A stretch of DNA of 64,000 bases from Ascidiella aspersa (taxonomy: Eukaryota): positions 18,228,001 through 18,292,000 of the forward strand of contig OZ004614.1 in the NCBI GenBank assembly GCA_963924565.1, in the 5' to 3' direction. Shown piece after piece: positions 1-11,400 of this stretch (positions are counted from its first letter, which is position 1; each line of letters starts with the position of its first letter). The notes under the pieces are model-generated. The model made no database searches and was not told where the DNA came from. It saw nothing but the letters and a program-made list of their open reading frames with translations. Both the position numbers and the translations under genes were made by a program.

Positions 1-2081
1 GTACTAACCAATCCCGAGATTGCCTAACTTCCGAGATCGGACGAGATCGGGTGCATTCAACCTGGTATGGTCGTAGACAGTATTGCTGAATATTTATTGG
101 TCTAAACTGTTTAAAAATGTAAAAATTTAAAAGAATCATATTTTGCCTACGACAATTCGTATTCCTATGCGGTCACACATCCAAGTACTATCCAATCCTG
201 AGGTTGCCTAACTTCCGAGATCGGACAAGATCGGGTGCATTCAACCTGGAATGGTCGTAAACAGTATTGTTCAACATTTATTGGTCTAAACTGTTTAAAA
301 ATGTAAAAATTTAAAGGAATCATATTTCGCCTACGACAACTGGCATTCCTAGGCTGTCACTCATCCAAGTACCAACCAATCCCGAGTTTGCTTAACTTCC
401 GAGATCGGACAAGATAGGGTTTATTCAACCTGGTATGGTTGCAGGCAGAATTGGTTAACATTTTTCTGTCTAAACTATTTAAAAAGTAAACATTTAAATT
501 AATTTAAAAAATCATAGTTGCCTACGACAATTCGTATTCCTAGGCGGTCACCCAACCAAGTACTAACAAATCCCGAGGTTGCTTAACTTACGAGATCGGG
601 TGCATTCAACCTGGAATGGTCGTAGACATTATTGTTCAACATTTTTTGGTATAAACTATTTAAAAATGTAAAAATTTAAAGGAATCATATTTGGCCTACG
701 ACAATTCGTATTAATAGGCGGTCACACCCCCAAGCACTATCCAATCCTGAGGTTGCCTAACTTCCAAGATCGGACGAGATCGGGTGCATTCAACCTGGAA
801 TGTTCGTAGACAGTATTGTTCAACATTTATTGGTCTAAAGTGTTTAAACATGTATAAATTTGAAGGAATCATATTTCGCCTACGACAATTCGTTTTAGTA
901 GGCGGTCACATATACAAGTACTATGCAATCCTGGGGTTGCCTAACTTCCGAGATCGGACGAGATCGGGTGCATTTAACCTTGAATGGTCGTAGAGAGTAT
1001 TGTTCAATATTTATTGGTCTAAACTGTTTGAAAATGTAGAAATTTAAAGGAATCATATTTTGCCTACGACAATTCGTATTAATAGGCGGTCGCACATCCA
1101 AGTACTATCCAATCCTGAGATTGCCTAACTTCCGAGATCGGACGAGATCGGGTGCATTCAACCTTGAATGGTCGTCGACAGTATTGTTCAACATTTATTG
1201 GTCTAAACTGTTTAAAATTGTAAAAATTTCAAGGAATTATATTTTGCTTACGACAATTGGTATTCCTATGCGGTCACCCATCCAAGTACTAACCAATCCC
1301 GTGGTTGCTTAACTTCCGAGTTCGTTCGGACAAGATTGGGTGCACTCAACCTGGTATCGGGTGCATTCAACCTGGTATGGTTGTAGACAGAATTGGTTAG
1401 CATTTTTTGGTCTAACAATTAAAAAAGGTAAGCATTGATATAAATTGAAAAAATTATGTTTTGCCTACGACAATTCGTATTCCTACGCGGTCACCCATCC
1501 AAGTGCTAACCAATCCCGAGATTGCCTAACATCCGAAATCGGACAAGTTAGGGTGAATTCAACCTGGTATGGTTGTAGGCAGAATTGGTTAGCATTTTTT
1601 GGTCTAACAATTAAAAAAGGTAAGCATTGATATAAATTGAAAAAATTATGTTTTGCCTACGACAATTCGTATTCCTACGCGGTCACCCATCAAAGTACTA
1701 ACCAATCCCGAAATTGCCTAACTTCCGAGATCGGATGCATTCAACCTGGTATGGTCGTAGACAGTATTGTTTAACATTTATTGGTCTAAACTGTTTATAA
1801 ATGAAAACATTTTAAGGTTTAATGTTTTACAAACGACAATTCGTATTCCTACGCGGTCACACATCCAAGTACTATCCAATCCTGAGGTTGCCTAACTTCC
1901 GAGGTCGGACAAGATCGGGTGCATTCAACCTGGTATGGTTGTAGGCAGAATCGGTTAGCATTTGTTGGTCTCACAATTTAAAAATGTAAGCATTGAAATT
2001 AATTAAAAAAATCATATCGTGCCTACGAAAATTCGTATTCCTACTCCGTCACCCATCCAAGTACTAACCAATCCCGAGATT
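1..2081 (-). rRNA. 5S: Tandem array of ~12 divergent 5S rRNA-like units (~118-bp gene + ~66-75-bp AT-rich spacer, period ~184-192 bp); many probably pseudogenes
   Basis: Reverse complement of e.g. 145-262 reads GTTTACGACCATTCCAGGTTGAATGCACCCGATCTTGTCCGATCTCGGAAGTTAGGCAACC...TAGTACTTGGATG(G/T)GTGACCGC..GGAATAC..GTCGTAGGC, which follows the 5S consensus including the internal control region. Units lie at ~145-262, 329-446, 520-627, 694-811, 878-995, 1062-1179, 1246-1389, 1463-1580, 1655-1762, 1829-1946, with truncated ones at 1-78 and 2021-2081. Copies differ by substitutions and 10-25-bp indels. Confidence 0.85.
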
Positions 2082-2480
2082 ATACGATATTTTGGCCCTA
2101 AATAAAACACACACTGCACGAGACTTACAACAACATATATTTTTTTCTAAAACAAATACAATGATAATCGCACACACAAAACAAATCCCCAAAAAGGTGA
2201 CATTACTCTAATTAAAAACTGGCGTCCGATTTCATTGTTAAACACCAAATACAATAAAAGTAAAACTATAGCTAACAGACTAACAAACAAATAAAAAAAC
2301 GAAATTTCCTGCTTACAGAGAGATGTGGCTTACCCAATCGCCAACTCCAAGAAATACATTACAATATATCATCGGTAATTGAACATAGCAAAGAAAGAAA
2401 CTCCCCCCTTGCAATTATGTTAACAGGCTTTGTATACAAGGCTAACATCTAGTTTTTCCTTTTTTTTTTTTTATCTTATA

Positions 2481-2574
2481 TATTATACTCAGGTGTGCAA
2501 CTGAACCCTTATTGGGTCCAGTGCTACGTAGATTATTTTTAATCTCATGCGGTTGGATCATCATTCGTATAATA
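2481..2574 (-). ncRNA. Box C/D (kink-turn)-like structured RNA module at the 3' end of element 1
   Basis: Minus strand reads TATTATAC-GA-ATGATGA ... CTGA-GTATAATA: an 8-bp terminal stem with box C and box D, and internal hairpins AGATTA/TAATCT and CTGGACCC/GGGTTCAG. It ends ~8 nt before poly(A). Confidence 0.6.
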
Positions 2575-2702
2575 CATCTTCGGCCGAAACCGGTGCCGTA
2601 AGGTGGCGCAAAAGAGTAAGAGTAAGTAATTGGTAATTTTGTAGTACATCTTCGGCCGAAACCGGTGCCGTAAGGTGGAGCAAAAGAGTAAGAGTAAGTA
2701 AA
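2572..2702. repeat. ~72-bp tandem duplication in element 1 3'UTR
   Basis: TACATCTTCGGCCGAAACCGGTGCCGTAAGGTGG.GCAAAAGAGTAAGAGTAAGTAA occurs twice (~2573 and ~2645). Confidence 0.85.
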
Positions 2703-2738
2703 TAGGTACGTACAGTGATATATATAATAAGGTTAAAA

Positions 2739-5700
2739 TTACAGAGAGGGGAGCGCAGCAACGCCAACCGTCTCTTGGTCCATGAGATTTGTGTTTAAAA
2801 GTTCTGTTAGTTTTTCTAATCCTATTTTTATTTTTAGGTCCGAAGTAAAGGTTTGGAATTTGGATATGATTTCATCGGTAAGATTAATTATAAATTGGTT
2901 TTTATCCGTAGCATATTCATTTCTAGTTTCCAAAATAGTTTTGAATTTAATTATTGTTGTTTTTATGATTTGGAGGATTTTTAAATTTACGAAATTATTT
3001 TGGAAGCCTAATGAATTTTGATTAAAAAGGAGTGCATCCTCGTTTGGCAGGAAACTTTGATTAAAGTTTTGAGTTGTAAATAAATTTAAATTTTGAATTA
3101 TACTTTTAGTTATTTCGCAATCTAAAATTAAATGTTTGATGTTATCTTTTGTTGGATTGACAGAAGTTACAATTACGTTTGATTAATTGTCCTGTTTTGT
3201 TTTGATAGATTTGATGGATGGCGTTTTTGAAAGTCTCCCCAGCAGAAGGCACCTTGGGATATACGATAGGCAATTTGTCTTTCGTTGTTTGTGAATAGGT
3301 CTTTTGTTTTCGGTGTTTTGAAGAGTAGGGCTAGCCAGTTGATGTTTTGGTTGGAGTCTGTGAGTTTATGAATGTTTTTTGTTGCTGTAATTTGGTTTAG
3401 TGTCTGGTATAAATTTTTAAGTTTGGAGTTTTCCCAATCAAATTCTGGGTCATGGAGGTTAAGTTTATCGTATTGTGTTAATATATATTTCCATTTTGGG
3501 TTGGGTTCTAAGCGTTTTGGGTAGTTATTACTAAAGAGGTTGTTATTGATTCTTCTTATTTTAAATCCAATTTGGTAAAGCATCCAGTCATGAAAGATCT
3601 GGTTTGTTTCGCTAATATTTTTGATATATTTTATTCTTTCTAGTTGGGCTGCATTTATTTTATTACGTATGTTTATCATCTTAAGTCCGCCTTCTTTGTA
3701 GTCAGATTGTAGTTTAGTTCGGCTAAGGGGTTCTATTTTGAGTGGGGTCCATAAAAATTGATTTGCGACATGTTGTAAATATTTTATTGTTGTGTTGTCG
3801 GGGATAATTATTCGCGCTAGGTGTATTATTTTGGATACAATTAGGGAATTTATGATATTTATTTTGCCAAACATGGTTAAATTTAGGTGTTCGTATTGTT
3901 TTATTATATTTGTGATTTTGCCTTTTGCTGCGTTCCAGTTGATTGCGTTATTATTATTTGTTTCATTATAGATAATTCCTAGTATTTTGATTTGTTCGGT
4001 AAAGTATTGGTTGTAGTTAGCAAGTAAAAGCGATTTAAAATCTTGGACAAGCGTTAGTATTTTGTTTTTGTTTTTGTTTAATGTTTGGCCTGTAATTTTT
4101 TCATAATTGTCAAGTTCTATAAAAAGGTGTTTGATTGAATTTTGGTCTGATATGAAAAAGGTATTATTGTCGGCGTATTGTTGCATTTTAATTGTGTTTT
4201 TTCTAATTTTGATACCTTTGAATTCCGGATTGTTTTGGATTAATTCAGCTAACACTTGTCCAAGGCAAATATATAAAATCATTGATAGAGAACAGCCCTG
4301 ACGGACCCCTTGTTTTATGCTTATATTGTTTGAATTTTTGCCGTTAATTTCAATTTTACTGCTAATGTTTCGGTAGAGTATGGTGACCCATTTTATTGTA
4401 AATTGGTCGACTTTGAATTTTTTTAGAATTTGTTGAATTAGGTGGTGGTCCGCTTTGTCGAATGCTTTTTCAAAGTCTGTTACTAAGAGTGCCAATTTGT
4501 TATTTTTATCTTTACTATGTTCTATTGCCGAATTGATATTGTAATGAATTTCTTGCATTTGCCTATTTGTTACGCCGCATTTTTGTGATGTGTCAATTTT
4601 GTCGTCGAGTTGTGGCCTCAGTCTATTGGTAATAATTTTATTTAAAATTTTTTAATCAGTGTTTAGCAATGAAATGGGTCTCCAGTTTTTTATGTAATTA
4701 AGGTCGCCTTTTTTTGGTATTAGTTTTGTTATAGCCAATTTCATATTATTTGTCATTTCTTTTTTTAAATAAATGTTCGCGTATAATTCAATTAGGTCGT
4801 CCATTAGATAATTTTGAAATTTTTTGTAAAATTCGCTAGTAAGTCCGTCAGAGCCGGGGGATGAATTATTGTTTAAAGAGCTTATGGCTAGAATTATTTC
4901 TTGTTTATTTATGATAGAGGGAGGTTCTATGTTTTGGTCAAGGGATTTGCTTGCGCTTTTATTTCCTATTTTTTCTAGAATTTGATTTTGTTTGGTGCGG
5001 TCTATTTTATTTTCCGTTCCCCATAATTTGGTGTAAAATTGATGTATTATTTTTTCAATGTGATTTGGGTTGTTCGTAATTTGGCCGTTTTCATTTTTTA
5101 ATTGATAGATACCTGTTTTGAGTTGGTTTTTTTGTTCTAATGTGAAAAATTCTTTGTTTGGTTTTTCTCCATTTCCTATGTGTTTTATCCTAGAGCGTAT
5201 TTTTTGTCCTTCTAGTTTTTCCGTTTCAATAGATTTGAGTTTTTCAATTGTTTCTTTATATTGTTTATTTATGGTTAGGTCGTTTGCGGTTAGGGATTCT
5301 GTTAGAAGTTTTAGTTTTTGTTTTAGGGTTTTTTCAAGTTTTCGTTTTTGATTATTTTTGTATTGCGCATATTTTATTGTATGATTTTTTATTCGTTTTT
5401 TTAAATTTTCCCACCATATAAGTTTATTTGGTTCGGTATTTTCAAATTGATATTCTCTTATTAATTTTATTATCGAATCGCAGTAATATTTTTCGTCTAA
5501 CAATGAGTAGTTGTTTATTTTCCAGAATGATTTTCCCTGTCTGCGTGCTTTACCAAGTTGGATGATGAGGAATGGGGTTTTGAGTGGTCGGAAAAAGTGA
5601 CGGGTATGTAATGTGAGTTTTTTTGTTTGTTTATTATAGATTGTGTCGCATAAATTCTATCTATTCTAGTGGCAGATTTTGCTGTGACAAAGGAAAATTC

Positions 5701-6061
5701 TTTTTCATTTTTATTTTGGTGTCTGAAGGTGTCTATTAATTTAAAGAGCTTTTTAATTCGTATCCAATTTTGTTGATCCATTTTTGTTGTTCTGAGTTTA
5801 TTTATTGTGTCCAAATCATTATATATAAAATTAAAATCGCCTAGTATGATTAGGTTTTCTATATTTTGGTTCTTTATTTTGCTTTCAATTAGGTTTTGTT
5901 GTTTTTTCCTTGTGCTAGGGTTTCCGGATTTTAGGTACAAGTTGATTAGGGTTATTGTTTTGTTTTGTGTTTTTCCAGTTAGTTTTATAGATTGTATCCT
6001 GTTTTGTTCAAAAAAAATTTTTTGTTTATGCCTCGTATGTTTAAAGATGTTATTTTTATTT
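2739..6061 (-). pseudogene. Element 1 ORF2 (APE endonuclease + reverse transcriptase), disrupted
   Basis: Fragments 5515-5940 (IILGDFN, RIDRIY, FSDH), 4652-5503 (SPGSDG, WRPISLLN), 3173-4558 (DFEKAFD, GVRQG, YADN instead of YADD) and 2739-2933. The APE start (IKITSLNIRGINKK, ~6060) is followed by a deletion that removes the QETH motif. Confidence 0.9.
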
Positions 6062-6138
6062 CAGATTCAGACTCAGATTCTGCAATTAATTCAGGACCAA
6101 GAGGCGGTTTGAGAGAAAAGTGTGAGTCCCCTTGGTAG

Positions 6139-7268
6139 TCAGCTGTGGAGATCAGGATCTCCAGGTAAGTCTATTCTTCTGTTTGCGTCTCCTATTTTGG
6201 CTTTCTTTCTTTCCTGTTCTTCTTTGGGTGTCAGTTTTCTTCCTTTGTGTGGTGTTGATGGTGTGTTGTTTGGTGTTGGTTGAGTGTTTGTTGTTTCGTT
6301 TTCTTTTTGTGTTGAAGGTTGAGAATGTTCTTCTTCATCTGGTTGGTTGAGGGGGTTTGCATTTTCGTTTTTTTGGTCGATAAAGACTGAGGAGTCGATA
6401 TTTGTAAGTTCCAAAAAGATTTCGTTATTTGTTAGTTCATCGTCAGCGTCGTTGGCTGTATCGCTTACGATTCCTTGTTTCGAGGGTGGAGGGGTGGAGG
6501 TTTTTCTTTGTTTGTTTTTTTTATGATGGGGGATATAAGTCCCGATGGGCCTGGAAGATTGTTTTGTTGTCGTTCGCCTATAATATGGACAAGTCTTTCG
6601 TGAGTCGAGCCAGTTGTCAGGTCTGGAAAGTTGACAGGGTCAGGGTTGGTGGTAGCTCGTGTTGTTTGTGATTGTTGAAGAGTGCATCTGTTTGCCCAAT
6701 GTCCGGGTAGGCCGCATCGGTTGCATTTCGGTCGTGTGTTTTCTTGTCCAGGTTTGATGGTGCGTATTCGTTGTCCAGCTACAATGATTTGATCTTGAAC
6801 GTTTTGTATTTGAATTTTTTCGATAAATAGATGATAGAAGCCGTTTCTCACGTGAGGTATGTTTCTGTGAGTGCACAGTGTTATTTTTCTTAAAATTCCC
6901 CATTTATTATGTCTGACAATTTCCTCCATTTGTTCAAATTCCCATTCACAAGGAACGGGAACCAGTGTGATTTTATTTAAGAGTGGTGGCGGTTCCGTTA
7001 CTTGTAGTGTTATTTTTTCTCCTTGGTATTCAAAAATTGGTGTCGTTTGTAGAATTTGTTTTGTCTCGTTTTTATCAGTTTCGGTGAGGAAGGTTAATTG
7101 AAAAATTTGTTGATGACGGTTTAAAGTCCGGCATCCTGTGATGTTGTCGATTTGGTTTTTTAAAGGTTGATATTGTTGGATGATGCTTAGAAAGTCATCA
7201 ATTAAAAATTCAATATGTGAGTGTACCGTTATGTTGACCGATCTGGTCAAGGCAAAGGTAGATGTCAT
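6139..7268 (-). pseudogene. Element 1 ORF1 (gag-like nucleic-acid-binding protein), frameshifted
   Basis: ORF 6465-7268 has a CNRCGLPGHWANRC zinc knuckle and is homologous to element 2 ORF1. The low-complexity C-terminal part continues in 6139-6414. Confidence 0.8.
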
Positions 7269-7353
7269 GTTGTATTTTGTTTACATGCCACAGGGCATGT
7301 ACGATAGTGGACAAAAGATGGCAGAGAGAGAAAAGAATAGAGACTTCACTATG

Positions 7354-7536
7354 AGTCACTATGAGGCGCTAGAGAGCGCACACAACAAGTGATAAGAAAA
7401 AGGGCGGGAAAGAAAAGTGGCTCTATTAGTCACTTTTAGGCGCTAGAGAGCGCACACACACAAGAAAGGCGACAAAGAAAAAGGGCGGGAAAAAGAGTGA
7501 CTTTAGGAGTCACTTTGAGGCGCTAGAGAGCGCGCG
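7354..7536. repeat. Three ~74-80-bp tandem monomers in element 1 5'UTR
   Basis: AGTCACT(A/T)T(G/T)AGGCGCTAGAGAGCGC at ~7354, 7428 and 7508, with AAAAGGGCGGGAAA between them. Confidence 0.75.
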
Positions 7537-8244
7537 TGAAAAAACGACAAAGGACAAAAATTGGCTAGCGCTTCGCCCTTCATGAGGGCCTTGCTAGCGG
7601 CGGGGGCAATTATTTTTTTTTTATTTTTTTTCTTTTTTATGTTATTTATTGGTTAAGAAAGGAACTGAATATACAACGAACAAGATAAAATACAACGTAA
7701 AGTGGAGAAGGTAGAGTAATAATTTGGCGCTAAACAGCGAGGCGAAATGATAAAATAGAATAGGGCGAGGCTAAATAAGACTTACATTTAGTGGGTATAC
7801 AATATACATACATTTAATGTTACTATAACAGGCCTAGTGTGGCGGGTAAGCGAATATTGTCTAGGTGAACGTTTCCGTTTTGCGGTAATAACGTTAATAG
7901 GCTTACAGGCAATGGGAACACGTATATAATATTCCAGGTGTTAGTGAAGGTGTATGTAGGCAGCTTTACTGTTAAAGCGGGCTTGTATATGTGCATTTAT
8001 GTGAAGGTAGTATGTAGATAGCGTTGTTGCTACGCTCGAGCATATACGCAATGGTAGGAGCTTTATCGCTCTGATTTTAGTGTTCGGATTTTGTTATGTA
8101 TTTAGGAGTGAAGGTAGTTTGTAGTTGGGTTATGTTTTAACTCATAACTCTTAAATATGGCCAGTTATGCTGAATATATTTGGAGTACTGTTTAGACATT
8201 TGAGTTTACATGGTTAGCGCCGTACGCTCCTCTTGAGGAGTCTG

Positions 8245-8312
8245 CATTGGTTGGGAATCGAACCCAGGACCTCTGACTGTTGTGGCGGTGTTTGCAACCG
8301 TTTCGCCATTTA
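8245..8312 (-). other. tRNA-like Pol III A/B-box unit in element 2 3'UTR
   Basis: Minus strand TGGCGAAACGG (A box) ... GGTTCGATTCC (B box). No convincing full cloverleaf. Confidence 0.55.
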
Positions 8313-8351
8313 TCTTATATATGGTTTACGTTGAGATTACAGTATGGGTTG

Positions 8352-8424
8352 TTGTTGGTTGAGCGGGGAATCGAACCCGGGATCTTCGGCTTTACGAGCC
8401 GGCGTTTTAACCGTTAGACTACCT
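8352..8424 (-). other. tRNA-like unit directly after the element 2 ORF2 stop codon
   Basis: Minus strand GGTAGTCTAACGGTTAAAACGCCGGCTCGTAAAGCCGAAGATCCCGGGTTCGATTCCCCG: A box, anticodon-like stem CGGC/GCCG with a 7-nt loop, and T-arm GTTCGA. Confidence 0.6.
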
Positions 8425-11400
8425 AAGTCTGTGAGGTGGTGGGTCGATTTTGTAATTTTGAAGTGTTGTTGTTTGGTGTTGCGTCCATTTGTCTTTTAAA
8501 TTTGACTTTGATTTTCCATGTTATGCTGTTTGTAAAGCTCTGCGGGTCATCGAGATATTCGTTTGCGGCTGTGAGTTTGTTTTTTTCGCTTATTATTTTG
8601 TATTTTGTCAGTATTAGTAGTTTTTGATTTGTTGTGTTGTTTTCGAATTGTGTTGGGCTTTGATTGTACATTGTTGCAAATTTGTCCGGTAAAAAAGTGT
8701 GGTGATATTCGTTTGTTGTGAAACTGTTTAATTTATGGTAGATTTGTTTTGTGATTTTACATTCGTTGAGCAAGTGGTAGATGTTGTCCGAGTTTTCATG
8801 ACAGAAGTTACATCTGTTTATTCTTTGCTGTCCGTTTGACGTTGTCGTTATACCTCGTGATTTCCGGAAATCTCCCCATTTGAAAGCCTTGTGTGCCGTG
8901 AGATAGGAAGTTTCACGTTCCATGTTATTAAATATTAATTTGTGCTCCTTATTTGTCAAGTGTATATGCGTCCAATTGATTTGGTCTCGTCCCATTGTGA
9001 TTTCGGTCTTGATTGCTCTTTTGACTACCAGCTCGTTATATACTGCCCTCATTGTGTTGTTTTTCCAGTCAAAATCTTTATTTGTTTCTTGTATTTCGTT
9101 GAATTTTTTAATGATGTACATCCATGTTTCATTTGGCTGTGATGCTTTGGGATAGTGGTTTCCGAATAAATGGGGTATGATGTTTTTGCCTTTGGTTCCA
9201 AGTTGAAACATTGCCCATGCGTGGTACGGTTGTGTTGCTTTTGTGGTATTGTATAAAAATTTTATTTGCTCTAGTTGCGCCGCGGCTATTTTTGATTCCA
9301 GATCAACCATCCTAATTCCTCCTTGTTCCTTTTTATTGATTAGTTTCAGCCTCTTCATTGGTTCTATCTTTTTGGGGTTCCAGAGATAGTCGTAGAGAAT
9401 TTTGTTTATTTCTTTAATTATTTGTTTGGTTGGCCTTATAATTCTGGCGATATGTAAGAGTTGGGCTATCATTAGTGACTTTATTATTTGTGTTTTTCCG
9501 TAGATGGATAGGTTTAGGGTGGCGTACTGGTGTTGGATTGATTGTATTTTTTTTTTTGCTTTTATCCAGTTTATTTTCATGACGTCATTTTTTCCGTTAT
9601 ACCAAATTCCGAGAATTTTTATTTCTTCCTTCATGTGGGTTGGGTATAGTTCCGAGAGTTGATTTTTTATGAATGGTGTGAAAGCTATGATTTGTGTTTT
9701 TGCCATGTTTAGTTTCTGTCCAGTAATTTCTTCGTATTTCTTCATTTCTTTAAAGAGTTCGGTTGCGCTTTGTTTATCCGTTATAAAAAAGGTATTGTCA
9801 TCCGCGTATTGTTGTATTTGGATTTTTGTGGTTGTCAATTTGAAGCTCGTGATTTTTTTGTTCTTTTTTATTAATTTATTCAAGATCTCTCCGATGCAGG
9901 TGTAGAGAATCATACTTAACGGACACCCTTGCCTTAGTCCTCTCTTGATCAAGATTTCTTCCGTGGTTTGTCCGTTCACTTCTATTTTGCTCTTTATATC
10001 GTGGTATATTATTTGGATCCAATTGATTAGCGTTTTTGGTAGTCCGAAGTATTTAAGTGTTTTAAATATTAGTTCGTGATTAACGTGATCGAAAGCTTTT
10101 TCGAAGTCTGTTGTGATAATGGCTAGTTCTTGAGATTTTTGTTTTGCGTATTGTATTATTGCGTTTATGTTGTAATGGATTTCCTCTATTCTTCTGCCTT
10201 TAAAGCCGCATTTTTGATCCGTGTTAATTTTGTCTTTAATTCTGGTTTTAAGTTTCTTGGTAATTATCTTGGTTAGTAGTTTATATTCTGTAGTCAGTAG
10301 GAAAATTGGTCTCCAGTTTTTCAGTAAGTTTTGGGGTCCTTTCTTCGGCAGTAGTTTTGTTATGGCTATTTTCATTGATTGAGACATGTTCTTATTCATG
10401 TAGATGTTCATGTATAGTTCTTGTATGTCGTGTTTTAGTTGTTCCCAGAAGGTTATATAAAATTCGGTAGTTAAGCCGTCTATTCCTGGTGTTGAGTTTC
10501 GATTGAGATCCTTTATGGTTGACGTTAGTTCTGAGAGGGTTATATATTGTGATTCTTCGTTGTCGTCTGGCGTTTCTTGGCCTTCTGTGTTTAATATTAT
10601 TCCTTGTTCTGTTTTGTTTAGGTTATCTTCGCGTCCCCAGAGCTTATGATAAAAAGTGAAAATTTCTTGCTTTATTCCTTCGCTTGTTTTAATGATTTTT
10701 CCGGTTTCGTCTTTAATATGTTTAATAGTGGATTTTTCTTGTTGTTTTTTTTCGAGTTGTAAGAATTGTCTGTCTGGTTTTTCATTTTCTGTTTCTAGTT
10801 TGATTCTTGCGCGCACCTTTGCGCCGTTTATTCTGTGTTGTTCGATCGTTTTCAGTTTTTCGATAGTATGGAGATATTCTTTGTTTATTTTTTTTGTGTT
10901 TGTGTTTAAGTTGGTGTTTAGTGTTTTTAGTTGTTCGTTTAGATCATCTTCTTCTTTATTTTCTCTTTTCTTTGTTTCGATTGCGTAAGTGATTGTGTCT
11001 TTTTTAATTTTCTTTTTCAGATGTTCCCACCATTCCGTGAAATGGGTGAACTCGTTTTTCTGTGTTTGTATGTTTTGTATTGTTTTTGTTATATGTGTTT
11101 TGTATTCTAGGTCGTTTAAGATTTCGTTGTTTAATTTCCAAAAGGTTTTGCCGTGTTGTTTTGTTGTTGTTATTTGGATTGTGATGTATGGGGCTTGCGT
11201 GTGGTCGGATATTGTGTGCGGTATATGGTGTGCTTTGTTAATTATGAGTTTGTTTGTGGCTTTGTTGTAGATCCGGTCAATGCGTGTTGCTACCGTTGCT
11301 GTTACTCTTGTGTATACTTTTGAATTTGGGTGTTTTTGTCGGAATGAGTCACATAAGTTGTAGGCTTTTTTAGTTTCTTGCCATTGTTTGTTGTCCTTTG

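Larger units (their letters stand above)
2460..7560 (-). mobile_element. Decayed L1/Tx1-clade non-LTR retrotransposon (element 1)
   Basis: Poly(A) remnant (T-run 2460-2472), fragmented APE-RT ORF2, ORF1 with CCHC knuckle, tandem 5'UTR monomers. The 5' boundary is approximate. Confidence 0.85.

Noticed and set aside
1-2081. Regularly spaced repeats resembling a CRISPR array, and short ORFs within them
   Set aside because: The repeats are 5S rRNA-like with homologous (not unique) spacers, the context is eukaryotic, and there are no cas genes.
2021-2470. Element 1 as a 5S-targeting (Mutsu-like) insertion
   Set aside because: About 380 bp of unrelated sequence separate the truncated 5S unit from the element's poly(A), and no 5S 5' half is seen at the other end.
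2572-2702. Hammerhead ribozyme suggested by GGCCGAAACCGGT
   Set aside because: There is no CUGANGA core on the same strand in the required order; only a UUCG-type hairpin on the minus strand.
6160-6172. U1 snRNA 5' end (ACTTACCTGG on the minus strand)
   Set aside because: Only ~10 nt match, inside ORF1 coding sequence; the rest of U1 is absent.
8245-8424. Functional tRNA genes
   Set aside because: Acceptor stems do not pair convincingly and the anticodon loop lacks U33; kept only as tRNA-like units.
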